Shown here: one piece after another, positions 46,771 through 48,823 of the stretch
Numbering within the stretch: position 1 is the stretch's first letter
Layout: every line of letters begins with the position of its first letter
Assembly (NCBI GenBank): GCA_937894465.1
Contig: CALCRE010000060.1
Span: 1 to 48,823, forward strand
Direction: 5' to 3'
Origin: an uncultured Clostridia bacterium
Lineage (GTDB): Bacteria; Bacillota; Clostridia; JAAYHZ01
DNA: 48,823 nucleotides
Position numbers and translations under genes: made by a program
Notes under the pieces: generated by a model
Seen by the model: only the letters and a program-made list of their open reading frames with translations
The model's database searches: none
Told to the model about the DNA's origin: nothing

Positions 46771-47888
46771 TTTGCATCGGTTTGGTTGCTCTTGTCTGCT
46801 AAAAGAAGATTTAATTGTTCTAGCAAGCTACCACCTCCGGTCAATGATACATTCCCTATTCTCTCACAAATCTTTTCGAGAAATTCCAGCTCTTTCAATC
46901 GGTACAGTGTTTTATTTTCCTCCATCAACCGAGCGGTATTTAAAAGACTTCGCGTAGAAGCTACTTCCTCTCGTCGGGTGATTACATTAGCTTGTGCCTT
47001 CTTTTCGGCCACAAGAACAGTATTCATTATGTCCTTTATATCACCAGGCAAAATGATGTCTTTGACTCCGGCAAATACAAATTCAACACCAAAACCATGA
47101 CTTTTTTCCTTCAGTTTGTCAAGGACAAAAGCACCGATCTCTTGTTTTTTCACCAAAAGCTCGTCCAACTTCAAACAACCCACATATTCTCTTAAGATCA
47201 ATTGCATGATAATATAGATCTGGTCTTCGAAGTTCTTTATTTCTATGGTCTTTAAAGGATCTATAATTTTGTAATGACAAACGAAATTGATTCTTAATGT
47301 CACTTTATCCTCTGTCATGATTTCCTGACCGGTCATATCCAATTGTTGTTGTCTCAAATCTATGATTCTGACCGAAACATTCACCGGACTGTTGAAAAAG
47401 TAGTATCTACCCGGCCCCAACACCTTTTTCAGTACATTGTCATAATACAAGATACCTTTTGTTTGATCCGGTACATCAATGCAAATGAATGTTTCATTCA
47501 AGCCTTGTACACCGTATCGGATCGGATCAAATGTATCCTTTATTTCGGGATCTCGAAGGTCATGTAGGATAAACTCATGCTTTTTCATAACATTCCAAAA
47601 AGCATATTTTCCGGTGTTCAAGACATCTGAAAATTTACCGTCTTCAAAATGAACAGCTGTTTCATGGTCTTGCACATCAATGATATCCAGCTCCTCCAAA
47701 AGCTTTTCATCATCAAGAAACAAGCTGAGATTTCTGCCTTGTGTGTCCAACATGTCATTTACATCGCATTTATGTACAGTGTATTTTGAAAAAGGATTAA
47801 AGTTATACTTTCCTGGTTTCAAACACTTGACATAATCACCGTCTTTAAACAAAAGACCTCTTTCATCTTTTCGAATGTTGACTTTCAT
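46767..47888 (-). CDS. soluble SPFH/band-7 (stomatin/flotillin-like) domain protein with an inserted region
   Basis: N-terminus ERGLLFKDGDYVKCLKPGKYNF and a second GPGRYYF, typical of an SPFH start. The C-terminal coiled region (AEKKAQANVITRREEVAS...) is typical of band-7 proteins. No TM helix. Confidence 0.65.
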   Translation of the reverse strand: MKVNIRKDERGLLFKDGDYVKCLKPGKYNFNPFSKYTVHKCDVNDMLDTQGRNLSLFLDDEKLLEELDIIDVQDHETAVHFEDGKFSDVLNTGKYAFWNVMKKHEFILHDLRDPEIKDTFDPIRYGVQGLNETFICIDVPDQTKGILYYDNVLKKVLGPGRYYFFNSPVNVSVRIIDLRQQQLDMTGQEIMTEDKVTLRINFVCHYKIIDPLKTIEIKNFEDQIYIIMQLILREYVGCLKLDELLVKKQEIGAFVLDKLKEKSHGFGVEFVFAGVKDIILPGDIKDIMNTVLVAEKKAQANVITRREEVASTRSLLNTARLMEENKTLYRLKELEFLEKICERIGNVSLTGGGSLLEQLNLLLADKSNQTDAK

Positions 47889-48330
47889 TTTTGACCTTCC
47901 TTTCTTTGATGGATAAAATCATTAGATACCATCTTTTTCGGGTATCCTCCCGAACTTGAAAACGGAGTTTCGTTTAAGTGCCTTTTCTTCAAATCATTGA
48001 AACAGTTTAGCTCATTTATGAGCCACCGGTTCAAGGAATTAGATCGTCCGACACGGTATCCGCAAAGCTTCAAGGTTTTCATATCCGGTGCACTTACCCA
48101 TGAAGGTAAATGCACGAGGATGCCCTACAAAGACTGTAATTGAATCTTGTTCCTAAGAACATCTTAAAACCAGCCATGGTTTCGGATTATTAATCCGACG
48201 AGGAATCGAACCTCATGGTCACAATCAGTGACTAGTGCTACATTTTTCGGTATACCTCATACAAAGATTGTACAAGGCACCGCAAGACTATTCAGAAATC
48301 TTAAGCTTACGAAAAACAGCAACACATACA
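47889..48330 (-). promoter_or_regulatory. about 440-nt non-coding leader upstream of the SPFH-ATPase-Ldh2 operon, rich in stable hairpins
   Basis: Hairpins GTGCATTTACC-ttcatg-GGTAAGTGCAC (11 bp), TCGGATT-aat-AATCCGA and TTCGGG-aggata-CCCGAA. A TATAAT sits near 48322-48327 on the minus strand. The only ORF is a poor 76-aa overlapping frame. Confidence 0.4.
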
Positions 48331-48497
48331 TTATAGCTCAAATACAATAAAAGGAACGTTAAGATTTTGCATAAATTTGTATACAATACCATTACAAACT
48401 CTTTTCATTTCTTTGTCATAAATCATTGTGTTTGTAGAAAAATAGAGGATGAGGATAATTATCTGGGAAACAAAAATATATGACAAAGGAGATTGAT

Positions 48498-48668
48498 ATG
48501 AGTTATTTATTGGACAAATATATTGAATGGCGTTCTTCCGGAAGAGGCGGCAATGAAGATGATTTTTTCGGTGATCGAGTCCGTTTTTCGAGATTTGCCA
48601 ATTTGACCGAAACCATACCTGAATTTGAAATGAGAAAGCTCTCTCATGAATACGACCAGAGAATTTGA
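48498..48668 (+). CDS. small hypothetical protein (56 aa)
   Basis: AAGGAG 6 nt upstream of the ATG (MSYLLDKYIEWRSSGRGGNEDDFFGDR...). Followed by a terminator hairpin. Confidence 0.45.
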   Translation: MSYLLDKYIEWRSSGRGGNEDDFFGDRVRFSRFANLTETIPEFEMRKLSHEYDQRI

Positions 48669-48691
48669 ATAGAATATGTAGCCTCGAAATT

Positions 48692-48730
48692 AAAGACTGC
48701 ACCGAGGGTAAAATCTTTAGTGCAGTCTTT
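48692..48730 (+). terminator. terminator-like hairpin after the small ORF
   Basis: AAAGACTGCAC-17 nt loop-GTGCAGTCTTT then ATTCAAC. Confidence 0.45.
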
Positions 48731-48823
48731 ATTCAACATAAACTAGCATCTGGAGTACTGAATTTGTCCCTCGTATTATAAAGTAGTAGTGTTTATAGTC
48801 CCTCTCCAAGGACTGTATGCTAT

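Noticed and set aside
47889-47910. CtsR-like heptad repeat GGTCAAA-aatg-AAAGTCAA overlapping the SPFH start codon
   Set aside because: The second heptad is imperfect and the match overlaps coding sequence. It is mentioned only as a hint, not called as an operator.
48210-48240. CIRCE-like TAGCACT motif in the SPFH leader
   Set aside because: Only one half (TAGCACT) is present. No inverted GAGTGCTAA partner lies 9 nt away.
48186-48262. tRNA-like T-arm sequence GGTTCGATTCC (minus strand) suggesting a tRNA or tmRNA
   Set aside because: No complementary acceptor stem, D-arm or anticodon arm could be built. The putative acceptor strand TCGGATT pairs with the immediately adjacent AATCCGA to make a local hairpin instead. 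No CCA and no tmRNA tag reading frame.
1-48823. CRISPR arrays, IS elements, integrases, phage or conjugation genes
   Set aside because: No regularly spaced direct repeats were found. No transposase, recombinase, terminase or capsid-like ORFs were found. The repeated 15-mer copies are thousands of bp apart and irregularly spaced, so they are not CRISPR-like.

Overview
This 48.8-kb window is from a low-GC (about 35%) Firmicute-type chromosome. It holds about 45 protein-coding genes, roughly 35 of them on the minus strand. I found no rRNA, tRNA, CRISPR array, transposase, integrase or phage genes.

The content mixes housekeeping genes with an accessory-looking set of hydrolase and carbohydrate genes.
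- Housekeeping: an archaeal-type AspRS/AsnRS-like class II aaRS, a divergent short SecA-like ATPase, shikimate kinase, cardiolipin synthase, RtcB, and a heterodimeric ABC exporter pair.
- Accessory: two orphan large solute-binding lipoproteins, a GH36/GH27-like alpha-galactosidase, a CE15-like esterase, an SGNH hydrolase, a Gfo/Idh/MocA oxidoreductase, an Ldh2 dehydrogenase, an amidase, several GNATs, an ADP-ribosylglycohydrolase, YjbQ, an M24 peptidase, YmaF, and a LysM-L,D-transpeptidase.

The signals I rate as most worth a second look are:
1. A conserved 15-nt motif, TTGAGAA-N-CGTCCCC, present 6 times, always in the same orientation and always intergenic. Twice it is the arm of an approximately 50-bp near-perfect palindrome, and once it sits exactly as a -35 box (TTGAGA) 17 bp upstream of a TATAAT. 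This looks like a REP/MITE-like small palindromic element family.
2. A 3' fragment of a second solute-binding-protein gene (about 110 bp, 75-80% identical to the intact gene's 3' end) next to a Zn-ribbon gene, pointing to a past rearrangement.
3. A 342-nt structured leader with an internal terminator and a 32-codon uORF upstream of the aaRS gene, with no T-box consensus.
4. A divergent, tail-hydrophobic SecA-like protein translationally coupled to a phosphoesterase/HD/GNAT operon.
5. A PD-(D/E)xK nuclease fused to an XPD/DinG FeS helicase.
6. An SPFH - DUF815 AAA+ ATPase - Ldh2 operon behind a 440-nt hairpin-rich leader.
7. A Cys-rich protein built from two tandem copies of an approximately 130-aa module, next to an SGNH-RtcB-esterase operon.

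All coordinates for my own structural calls are from manual reading and may be off by a few nt. CDS ends are taken from the supplied ORF track, with starts adjusted where a better RBS/ATG was seen.
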